Of a stretch of 64,000 nucleotides of DNA, positions 51,802 through 64,000 are shown in pieces. A program made the translations under genes and the position numbers. The stretch is from the human T2T-CHM13v2.0 reference genome, Homo sapiens: assembly GCF_009914755.1 (NCBI RefSeq), contig NC_060927.1. One strand, given 5' to 3'. Position 1 is the stretch's first letter, and each line of letters starts with the position of its first letter. The notes below the pieces were generated by a model. The model saw only the letters and a list, made by a program, of their open reading frames with translations, was not told the origin of the DNA and did no database searches.

Positions 51802-54781
51802 TAAAGTTCATATGGAACCAAAAAAGAGCCCGCATTGCCAAGTCAATCCTAAGCCAAAAGAACAAAGCTGGAGGCATCATGCTACCTGACTTCAAACTAT
51901 ACTACAAGGCTACAGTCACCAAAACAGCATGGTACCGGTACCAAAACAGAGATATAGATGAATGGAACAGAACAGAGCCCTCAGAAATAACGCCACATAT
52001 CTACAACTATCTGATCTTTGACAAACCTGAGAAAAACAAGCAATGGGGAAAGGATTCCCTATTTAATATATGGTGCTGGGAAAACTGGCTAGCCATATGT
52101 AGAAAGCTGAAACTGGATCCCTTCCTTACACCTTATACAAAAATTAATTCAAGATGGATTAAAGACTTAAACATTAGACCTAAAACCATAAAAACCCTAG
52201 AAGAAAACCTAGGCATTACCATTCAGGACATAGGCATGGGCAAGGACTTCATGTCTAAAACACCAAAAGCAATGGCAACAAAAGCCAAAATTGACAAGTG
52301 GGATCTAATTAAACTAAAGAGCTTGTGCACAGCAAAACAAACTACCATCAGAGTGAACAGGCAACCTACAAAATGGGAGAAAATGTTCGCAACCTACTCA
52401 TCTGACAAAGGGCAAATATCCAGAATCTACAATGAACTCTAACAAATTTACAAGAAAAAAACAAACAACCCCATCAAAAAGTGGGCGAAGGACATGAACA
52501 GACACTTCTCAAAAGAAGACATTTATGCAGCCAAAAAACACATGAAAAAATGCTCACCATCACTGGCCATCAGAGAAATGCAAATCAAAACCACAATGAG
52601 ATACCATCTCACACCAGTTAGAATGGCAATCATTAAAAAGTCAGGAAACAACAGGTGCTGGAGAGGACGTGGAGAAATAGGAACACTTTTACACTGTTGG
52701 TGGGACTGTAAACTAGTTCAACCATTGTGGAAGTCAGTGTGGCGATTCCTCAGGGATCTAGAACTAGAAATACCATTTGACCCAGCCATCCCATTACTGG
52801 GTATATACCCAAAGGACTATAAATCATGCTGCTATAAAGACACATGCACACGTATGTTTATTGTGTCATTATTCTCCAATAGCAAAGACTTGGAACCAAC
52901 CCAAATGTCCAACAATGATAGACTGGATTAAGAAAATGTGGCACATATACACCATGGAATACTATGCAGCCATAAAAAATGATGAGTTCACGTGCTTTGT
53001 AGGGACATGGATGAAATTGGAAATCATCATTCTCAGTAAACTATCACAAGAACAAAAAACCAAACACCGCATATTCTCACTCATAGGTGGGAATTGAACA
53101 ATGAGAACACATGGACAGAGGAAGGGGAACATCACACTCTGGGGACTGTTATGGGGTGGGGGGAGGGGGGAGGGATAGCATTGGGAGATATACCTAATGC
53201 TAGATGACGAGTTAGTGGGTGCAGCGCACCAGCATGGCACATGTATTCATATGTAACTAACCTGCACATTGTGCACATGTACCCTAAAACTTAAAGTATA
53301 ATAATAAAAAAAAAAAAAGAAAAGAACTATTGAGCCACAAAAAGAATGAAATCCTGTCATTTGTAGCAACATTGATGGAACTGCAGGTCATTATGTTAAG
53401 TGAAACAAGCCAGGCACAGAAAGACAAATATTACATGTTCTTACTAATACATGAGAGCTAAAAAAGTTGATCTCAGGAAAGTAGAGAGTAGAATGGTGGT
53501 TACCAGAGGCTGGGAAGGGTGTGGGAGGAGGATGAAGAGAGGTTGGTTAATGGGTACAAATATACATTCATATAGAAAAATAAGTTCTAGTGTTTGATAG
53601 CACAGTGAGGTGACTATCATGAACAACAATATATTATATATTTCAAAATAGCTAGAAGAGAAGGTTTGAAATGCTCCCAATACAAAGAAATGATAAATGT
53701 TTCAGGGGTGATAGATATCCCAGATACTCTAACTTGATCATTACACATTTTATGCATGTAGCCAAATAGCACATGTACTCTGTAAATATGTACAATGATT
53801 ATGTATCAGTAAAAAATGTTAAAAAGAGAGAGCATAGGTGAGAGCTCTCTGCTTTTATCTAATGAGCTCCGGACTGCCATACTCCTGGACATGATAGTAG
53901 GAAGTCTCAATCAAGGGCAAGATTATGCTTTCTGGAGAGAAATACACTGGAAACTTGATATAATCTAATTGATGTTAATTGTGATAAGTGTTGCTGGTTT
54001 TACTTTTGGCTTCATACATAGTGACTTATGTTTTGTGGTGGTAATGAGTAAAAGAGGTGGGGTGAATTGATGAAACTGCTTCTGTGCCCTGATAAGTGGC
54101 TGTGTTCTGATTGGTTCTCAGATGGGAGTTGATTTTTCTACAGGAAGAGAATTAGCTTACCATTGTGAAACCACTGAAGGCAATGTCAAGAGAAGTTTAC
54201 TTTACCTCCATCGCAGTCTTATTCCCACGTCCTCACTTTTTTCTCTTCCCTTTATTTCCTTCCTTTTCTCCCCAGACTCATGATTGCCTTTCTGTCAGCA
54301 ACTCTCTCCAGGTTCTCATTGACACAGAAATTGTAAAGACTCAGAAAAGGCTATGATGGGATATTTTTCCTCCTTGTTTCTGTGAATCTTATATTTGGAT
54401 TGGAAATAGAATTTATATACCACCTTACGGGATCCTTCTTCAATTTTTCTGAAATTAAGAGAGCCCATTTTTTTTTTCATAATGTGTTGAAGGAAATAGT
54501 TTTTGAAAAGTTGGGAATGGAAAGAGGTCAACTGAGAGGAGATTTTTTACTTTGAGATATCCTCTCCCTGGCATGAGATGAGTCCTTGTGAAGTGAAAAG
54601 ATGGGGGCTATCTTTGGAAAAACACCCATCCCTGCTCCCAGAGAGCTCTGGGCCCGCATTTTATGGAGAACAGCATCTGCTCTCACATTGAGCCTGGTTA
54701 AGCCTTTGAATTTTCCTTTGCATGTGTTCTCAATCACTGATGGTGCTGAATCATGAGGCATATTGCCAGACGTGGGAATGA

Positions 54782-55058
<277 letters not shown>

Positions 55059-56829
55059 TGGGAATGGAATATTCCTAATGAGGAACTTGATACTTTCTGA
55101 AAAAGTAAATTTTCAGGAAAAGCCACAGGCTTGAAGTGTATCATCTTTCCTTCATGGTTTGGCACATCCACGTAAGGGTGTAAGTTCTGTAAGTTCCTTT
55201 TCCATGTGTTAGTTAACAAATGACGTTTAGAAATATCCTCTTTCTCACTGTCCCCATGCCAAAGATCAGCCTTTCATATTTTTCCTTAATTGTCAAAGAA
55301 ATATTTGAGCATCTAAGGTGATATTCTTTATTACTGTGGATGTGATTTGGGAAACAATTCTTGGAGGGCAACTCTGAGTCTGTGGTGAATAAAAAAGTGA
55401 GGATAAATGTGAATGAATATTGTTTCTGGGGTTCTCTGTGCAGCTGGAAAAATGATGAGCAAGTTAGCTTAATTAGCTGAGCATCTTCCTCTTCTTGAAA
55501 GGGCTGTGATGCTTGTGATTGGAAAAAGCCGTTCTTACGTGGCATCCTTTTAGGAAAGACTGTGGTTTAAATGGGCTTGTTTACAGGCCTCACTTTTGGG
55601 CTTACCTCCACCTCCAAGCCATCCACCATCATTAGCCACGTTTCTAAAATTAACTTATTAGAGGAACTGTTTGATTCATTAGATAAGTGGGTTTTGATTG
55701 GGCGTGGTTATGGGGTTTAGGAGGGTCTGCTGGTTAGTTCCACTGAGACCCTGAACAGTATGAAGGGGAAGGCTAGTTAAGAAGCAGAAAGAAAAAAGGA
55801 AGCCATTCTTCTCAAACATTTTGTTGGAAGTCTGCTGAAAGATTCATTTTGCTTCTGGGCCCCACAGATTGCATAGCTGGTTCTGCCTCTATGCTTTCAG
55901 GTCGCTCAAGTGTTAACAGGAGTGAGAAATTAGAATCAAGGGCCCATTTCCTCACTTTCTTCCAAGTTTCTGTATCCACATGTGCACTGTATGAAACTGC
56001 TGTCCATACTCTTGTCTTAATTGATTTAATGTTTAATCTCCTTTAACAGAAGGTTTGCAGAGGTCTCTTTTCTTCTTCTAGTACAACTTGCATACTTATT
56101 TAGAGTCTGTAGTTAAAAGGGTGATTCAGGTCTTGGCAATATGTGAAACTTCTGTCCTTTGAAAAGAAGTCATTTTTAAAATCTTGGTTTACTTTGTTTT
56201 ATGGTAACAAGACAATACATCTTCTTATTTATTTCATATGTGCACTCCACACTCATTCCAGCAGGCCTTATTTCTTAAGCAAGAGACAAGAAATGGCCTT
56301 ATTGACTGGCAGGTACAAGTGCTGAAACTAGCACTAATGACTGTGAATATTCATTCCTGAGTCGTATTTGTGTTCAGACTCAGGTGAGGGGTGCAGACTG
56401 GAGTGTTCGTCTATTCCCCTTGTGTGGGTTAAGATAAGCATGAGATGGTCGGCTTAGGTTGGCCCAGGTGAGAGAAGCAAAGTGATGGGTGGCCCTGTTC
56501 CCTGTGGGAGGCTTTACTTTTCCATGCTTACACACTGAACACCTAAGCTGGCTGGTCAAATAATCAAGAGGCAGACTTGGTAAAAATGTGAATAAATGAG
56601 TGTAGTTACTATATAGCCATTAAAGAAAAATCTGCTAATGGTGACTCAGTAGTGCCTCCCTGATTGTAAAGGACAATGTCTTCTGGTGAGCTGTGAGCAT
56701 GTTCCATGGGTTGACAATCAGATTTACATGTCTGATGACATTAATTGCAGGGTGCTATGGGCCAGGTTTCTGAAGTTGGGTGGAGGTGGAGGCCACCGGC
56801 AGTGAGTACAACGCCCAGGGGAAGCATGT

Positions 56830-56990
56830 GAGTGGGAGGAAGAAAAGAGAGTTTTCTGGAGCTGTTGCAATGTGTATGCTGGTGAAATCTACTTGAGCAT
56901 TAAGCAGTATCTCCCAGCATTGTTAGCTACTGAGTGGCACATCTTCAGTACGCATGATTCGTGGGGGACTCAGGCAGAGGTAAAAGTGTG
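56830..56990 (+). other. TMEM45A: Putative alternative non-coding first exon of TMEM45A (start approximate)
   Basis: Unique sequence ending AAGTGTG|GTAAGT, 145 nt upstream of acceptor TTTTTTTATTCCAG; AP-1 TGACTCA at 56642. Confidence 0.6.
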
Positions 56991-57044
56991 GTAAGTTTTA
57001 ATACTGTGTTTGCTTACTAGTTGCTTTTGACATGCATACAGGTT

Positions 57045-57084
57045 GTGTGTGTGTGTGTGCATGTGTGTGTGTGTGTGTGTGTGT
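57045..57084. repeat. (TG)n microsatellite
   Basis: Seen directly. Confidence 0.9.
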
Positions 57085-57237
57085 AAAACTGACTGTAAGA
57101 TGTCAAGTTTCAGCCTATTGATTTTTTTATTCCAGAAACTTTTCAGCATTACCTAAGAAGCAAAGGCTCAATTTTGGCTGCTTCATTCTTATCTCTTCTG
57201 CCACAGTTCTAACGTGCCTGATCTACTGAGACCAAGG

Positions 57238-57282
57238 ATGACCAATGACTCAGAAGGGAAAATGGGATTTAAACACCCAAAG
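57238..57282 (+). CDS. TMEM45A: TMEM45A long-isoform N-terminal coding segment MTNDSEGKMGFKHPK (exon ~57136-57282)
   Basis: AAGGATGACC start, 15 codons, phase-0 donor AAG|GTTAGT; peptide matches the recalled extended isoform MTNDSEGKMGFKHPKIMGNFRGH... Confidence 0.82.
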
Positions 57283-57644
57283 GTTAGTTTGGCGTTTCTG
57301 CAGTAACCTTTGGTGTGATAATGTGAAAAGAGCAAGAACTTTTGATTCATAAAGACCTAGTTTGAACCTGACTGTACCGTGTATTTATGACATTGTGCAA
57401 GTAACTTATTGTGGGTTGTGGCTGATCAAGGCAAAGTTAATACTAGCCTAATGCTGATGATTCTGTAGAAATTTTATTTCATTTTATGTTGGGATCTAGC
57501 ATTGTGGGTGGATAGGAAGAGTTGATGTTGAAGATATGTGCCTTAAATGCTTCTCTTGATTTCTGTAGCATTTTCTTCCTCTGGGGCCTTCAGGAATCTG
57601 GCAGCTGAAGCGTTAGGTCTACCAGGCACTCTTTTTATCCATCC

Positions 57645-57940
57645 TTCCCATCCATCCATTTATCCACTCAACACTTAGGTACTGAACCACTTACTGTATG
57701 CCAGACACAGTTCTAACAGCTAAGGATTAAGCAGTGAAGAAAATAGAAAAAAAAATCCTGTATACATGGAGCTTTCATTCTAGTGAGGGAGGAATGCAAT
57801 AAACAAAATAAGTCAGTAATTATGGGTATATTAAAAGGGAATGTGTTACAGGGTAAATAAAGCAGGAAAAGAGGGTAGGGTATTGAGGCAATTTTAAATA
57901 AGGTGATGAGAGCAGGTCTCATTGAGAAAGAGCTCCCCTG
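57645..57940 (-). mobile_element. L2 3' end
   Basis: CCATCCATTTATCCACTCAACA...CACTTACTGTATGCCAGACAC...GGAGCTTTCATTCTAGTG. Confidence 0.7.
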
Positions 57941-58842
57941 CAGAGCTCTGAAAACAATTTGCAGACAGTGCCTTCTTGTTATTACCAACCAGCAGTGCTC
58001 GTTGCCTTGTCTTCCTCTTGTTTATTCACTGAGGCCTCACCATTTTTGGTCCATGAAAAAAATAATTGTTTGAGAGCATAGAATATGACTTTTGGGTTTT
58101 CCCTTAGGGCTATGTTAAGATGCTAGTAGATGCTAGTTAAAGGATACCTTGGTGAGGCCCTCTTTTCCGCCCTTGCTGGGTTCTGGAAATGATACCTTCT
58201 GCTCTGTTATCCATGTGGCCTTATACATTGGGTACCTACCTGCAGAGCTTTTTGTGCATAACCTCTCTAGCCCCTCTTGTACGCCCCACACAAACCTCTG
58301 ACTATGCAGCTAAGTATAGTCCCTTGTAGGGCTAGGCCTCTGCTTCTAGTCTTTTCCCTGCTTTCTTGGAGGAGCAGGCAGGCACGGGTTGCCAACCTAA
58401 CTTCATGCTTTTGGATAACAGCAACCTCTGCCTTCACCATTTCCTGACCCAACATAGTGAAAGGAGAGTGTCTCATCACCAAGAAAAGCCTCTCACTTTC
58501 TCCGTCTTGGTCCAGGAGGTAGGAGAACAAAGAGGAGCAAATAAGTCAATCACATCATGGTGTCACAGCCAGGCTGGGACCTGGAAGCAACCTTTGCAGT
58601 ACGAGGATGGGATCCACATCAAGAAGACACCCAGTCTTCTTTGGCCCATGATGGATCATGAGTCAGTGAATGTTTCATTAGCTTTCATGAAGGGGGATAT
58701 CTGCTTTCTGGTAATTTTCAAAATGTTAAAGAACCCCTTTCGGAGCTAGGAGCAAAGTTTAGCGCGTGAAGCTCTGTGAAGGCAATGGATGCCTTTTAAT
58801 TTGGGATTTAGTAGAGCTTAAATTCCCTCTGATACATCCTAA

Positions 58843-59225
<383 letters not shown>

Positions 59226-61039
59226 TCATTTCCTCTTTCTGATATGGATCTCAGAGGTGGCTTCTCCTTGGCTAGGAATATGACATTGCCACACCAGCTG
59301 CAGCACGTACGCACACACCCTGGGGCTTTCCACCCCACATCATTCTGTGCCAGTTGTGTTGGCCTTTTTCTGCCCACTGAGGATCTAGAGAGACAATGAT
59401 GTCAGCCAGAGCTGCTGTGGCAGGTGGGGCTGTTCTGATGTCTGATCAAGTGGCCAGAGCCTCCTTGCCACATTCAGCTCCTGCCCACGTCCTCTAGGCT
59501 GGCCCCAGTACGGCTCTGGGCCACTTTCCATGACTGTGAAGTATATTTCTGCCCAGCTTAGTAGTAATGAGGAGTATTTATTTTTATACGTTTGCTTGTT
59601 GTTTCAGGTGGTAAGAGTTCTGTAGAAGCCAGGCTTTCCTAACATCCCAAGTCCTTCTTAGGCAGCATTTTGGTGCTCCAGTTATATACCTGCCCAGTTC
59701 TGTCCAATATTGAGTTCCAATCTATACTTGAAAAGACAAAGATGAACAGTAACAGGAGAGTAACTGTTGGGGGTGGGGGTAGTGGGCCCAGCTGCACTGA
59801 CAATAACAATCCCTTCCCCACCCCTCCTTGGTTGTCTGTGAAGCTACTCTAAGGAGTAATTCTTCCCTGGACCATACCCTGTTGGGAAGCGAGGTGTGGA
59901 GGTGCCAGGCAGTGGTTTGGGGGGCTGACTCTGGCCCTTGACCTGTGAGTCACAGCTGTGTGGGAGATGCAGTATCAGTCCCTTGATTTGTTTGTTTTTC
60001 TGGATTGCACCTTTGTTGACAGTCTGGCACTTACTCTTGTGCATTTTGTTATTTATTTTCAATGGTGCAAGGCCCCAGTGTTCCATCCTCCTTCTGAATT
60101 CACAGAAACATCCACGCAAATAGACTGGCCTTGGCTCGGACTCACATTTGAGAGACTTCAATCTCCTTGGCCTGTCAAAATGAAGTTCTTCTTAAAAGTC
60201 CTAACTCTCTGGTGCTGGCCTATAGTCTAATCAATGCTTCCCAACCTTTTTCATGTCACAGTATACATGGACATGACATGATTTATGTAGGTGGGAGGGC
60301 TCATTCCTAGGCAGTAGGCCATCGGGGTCTGGCTACTATAGTCCTTGCCCCCTCACCCTCACCTGGCTGTTCCTGGGGCTTAGGGAAATTTGTGTTTCCC
60401 TCTGGCACACCTGTTCCCACTGGGGGCACACAGGTATGCTACAGCTAAGGTTAGAAGTTCTGGCCCAAGACCTAGCATAGACCACAATCTCAAGGTGCAA
60501 CAAAGTGTCTCGTCCATAAACATCTTTGAAGATGATCCTAGAGGGTGGATGTACTTTCCCAGGATGTTGTAAGTTTGGGAGAACCAAGTTCCTGTGGTTG
60601 CGCCCATTGCTTGGTGCAGTCTGCCACCACCTGTCCTTCTAGAAGGAAGGGTAGAAGGATGCCAACACTGCATGTCCCCTGTCCCCTCCAGGCCAGCATG
60701 ACCAGGATCCTTGGCTCTGTGGCCAAACTCTAATGCTTAGCACTGCTTCTTTCCATCCTACCATATTCTGGGGTTATTTCACATGACTTCCACAGGTTCC
60801 TGACCTCCCAGCTTTGCTACATCTTCTGCATCGCTTAGAACATCACTTCTTATGCAATGGTTGCAGGTGTCATAGACGTTCTGCTGATGTTGTCTGTTTG
60901 TGTTGCCGTGAACCACACCTGGATAACTGGTCTGGGTGGAATTCAGCTACTGCAAGAGTACATACTAGTCCTCTTTTAGCCCTTATGACTGTGTGGTACC
61001 AGGTGGTGGTTCTTACATTTAAACAGAGCTATGGGCTCA

Positions 61040-61300
61040 TCCATCCATTCATTCATTTATTTACTCGTTTAACAACCCTATTCAATAAATGCTGGGTACT
61101 GGGAATATAAAGATTAAAGTCATAGTCTCTGCCTTTCAGGAGCTCACAGTGCAGTGAGGGAGATCCAAGAAGTAAACAATTATGATATGCATGAGAAATT
61201 CCATTGGGTTCTGTGGGAACACAGAAGAAGGGGAAGATTCTTGCACTTGGAGAGTGGTCAGAGGAGGTTCCCTGGCTGAGATGAGATAACTTTTAGCTTG
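61040..61300 (-). mobile_element. L2 3' end
   Basis: CATTCATTCATTTATT...CAGGAGCTCACAGT. Confidence 0.7.
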
Positions 61301-61304
61301 AATC

Positions 61305-61527
61305 TTTTCTCCTCTTCCTCCTCCTCCTCCTTCTCTTCTTCCTCCTCCCCCTCCTTTCTCCTCCTTCTCCTTCTCCTCCTCCTCCTTTCTCCTCCTTCTC
61401 CTCCTCCTTTCTCCTCCTTCTCCTCCTCCTTCTCCTCCTCCTCCTTTCTCTTCCTTCTCCTCCTTCTTCTCCTTCTCCTCCTCCTCCTCCTTCTTCTTTT
61501 TCTTTCTTCTCTTTCTCCTTCTTATTC
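61305..61527. repeat. (CCT/CTT)n pyrimidine tract
   Basis: Seen directly, ~220 bp. Confidence 0.92.
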
Positions 61528-62195
61528 CTTTTTGAACAGAGTTATCTGGGATGTGTGCTAATTGAATGAAGGAAGGAAGGGAACTGCATAGAGCTAGAGA
61601 GCGGAACTTCAAGTGCCACCATTTTGTTTGGTCATAGTAGAATTCTAATGGGCAACAGTAGCTAATGAAATAAGGATCACTTAAGGAGGGAGAGGAGACC
61701 TCTACATTAGCCTGCAATAGTCAGATCATACTTTTGGAAGGAGAATGTCTGTGGGATTCACTCATAGAAACCCTGGAAAGTTTCCACTGGAGGAGAAAGA
61801 AATCTAGATGGCAAGCTGGCTTGAAGAGACTTGTTATGTGTGGCTTCTGTGAGTGCGGGAGGATGGTGGGGGAGACTGCCTTCTCTATCCTGCTTCTTTC
61901 ATTCAAAAGACAGCATGATCTTGGGCAAGTGCCATGACATCTCCAAACCAGTGTCCTCATTTATAAACGTGGTTCTCATAATACCTCTCTTACCAGGGTT
62001 GATATGATAATTAAATGACATAATTTATTGTTGTATGAAAGAATCTAACATAGTAACTACTCAACAGATGTTAATTTCTTTTTCCTTCCCATGTATCTTT
62101 TTTCTCTTCCTCTTTTCCTTCTCTTTTCCCTTTCCCCTGCCTTCATACATCAGCTCTTTATTAGGTAAGTAATATTTGTCAGGCATCCTGCAAGT

Positions 62196-63084
<889 letters not shown>

Positions 63085-64000
63085 TTGTGGAGCTTATGTC
63101 TGATGGGGGGAAGGTAGAAAAGCAACAACAGCAACAGAAAGATATTTTAAAAATAAATGTAAAAAACAACAAATACAAAATTACACATTGTGATGCATAC
63201 TGTGAAGACAAGTTTCTATGGAAAGGAAAATGAGAAGACCTAACTTCATTCAGCTGGCCCATGGAAGGCCTCGCTGAGGAAGACACATTTGTGCTGTGCC
63301 TTGAGGGAGGCTCTTCCCACAGAGTTTCCAGCCAAAAGTGGAGACAGAGCATTCCAGGTAGAGGAAACAGCCTTCCGGGGAGTATTTCTTGAGATTCCCA
63401 AACACTTGTGGTCAGCAATGGGGAGAAACAGACCCATGAAGGGTCCCCTGACTTTTCAGAGCTTGTGGTACGGGGAGACAGGCAGGACAGGCATGTGCTC
63501 TAGGCTACAGGGATGCGACAAGTAGTACTGGCTCTGGAAGCACTTTTCCTTCCTTTCTTCTCTCTGCCTCTGAAGCGTCACTGACCACAGTCCTGCCCTT
63601 GGAGGTCCCTGGGCTGGTCTGTTCTTCCTTCATGGTGGGTAGTGAATAACACTCGCATTTGTCCCTTGATTCCTTGTTCTCTCCCGCGGCTCTGACTCAG
63701 ACTCACCATCTGGGAAATGAGCGTCTGCAGCAGCCACTTAACCAGTTTCCTTGCCTCCAGCGTCTTTCTCCCTTTCATATACTCTGTGTGACGCTGCCAA
63801 ATTAATCTTCCTGAAATACCATTTAGCCCGTGTAACTTCCCTGATAGCACCCTGCTGCTGGCAGAGGAGCTGTGTGCTGGGAGCTTCTGGACGTCTCTCA
63901 CTTTTCACCTTTACCTTTTCCTTCTATGGGCAATGACACCGTTTGCAGAGAAGCATGTTCTACTGCCAGCCTCTTTAGCTTGAGGAACTCTTAAAGTCTC

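Overview
Repeat-dense hominoid genomic DNA containing the 5' end of TMEM45A on the + strand: a CpG-island promoter and non-coding exon 1 at about 30.3-30.6 kb, and a second promoter with two exons at 56.8-57.3 kb encoding the N-terminal extension MTNDSEGKMGFKHPK. The main coding exons lie beyond the window. Almost all listed ORFs come from transposons or low-complexity sequence. A full-length SVA carries the 20-bp SINE-R deletion I recall as diagnostic of Pan-specific SVAs, so the sample is probably chimpanzee or bonobo. The most unusual signal is a pair of full-length L1PA elements in inverted orientation (10.05-18.39 kb, minus; 47.28-53.32 kb, plus) that bracket the TMEM45A promoter. They appear to belong to different subfamilies yet share at least five non-consensus substitutions not explained by CpG decay. 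This suggests patchy gene conversion between them and a potentially invertible ~29-kb promoter cassette. Also present: a fragmented LTR40-type ERV with integrase and env remnants, several nested insertions, and tandem duplications, one doubling a HIF core motif. Subfamily calls and consensus comparisons are from memory, and repeat boundaries are approximate unless a TSD is quoted.
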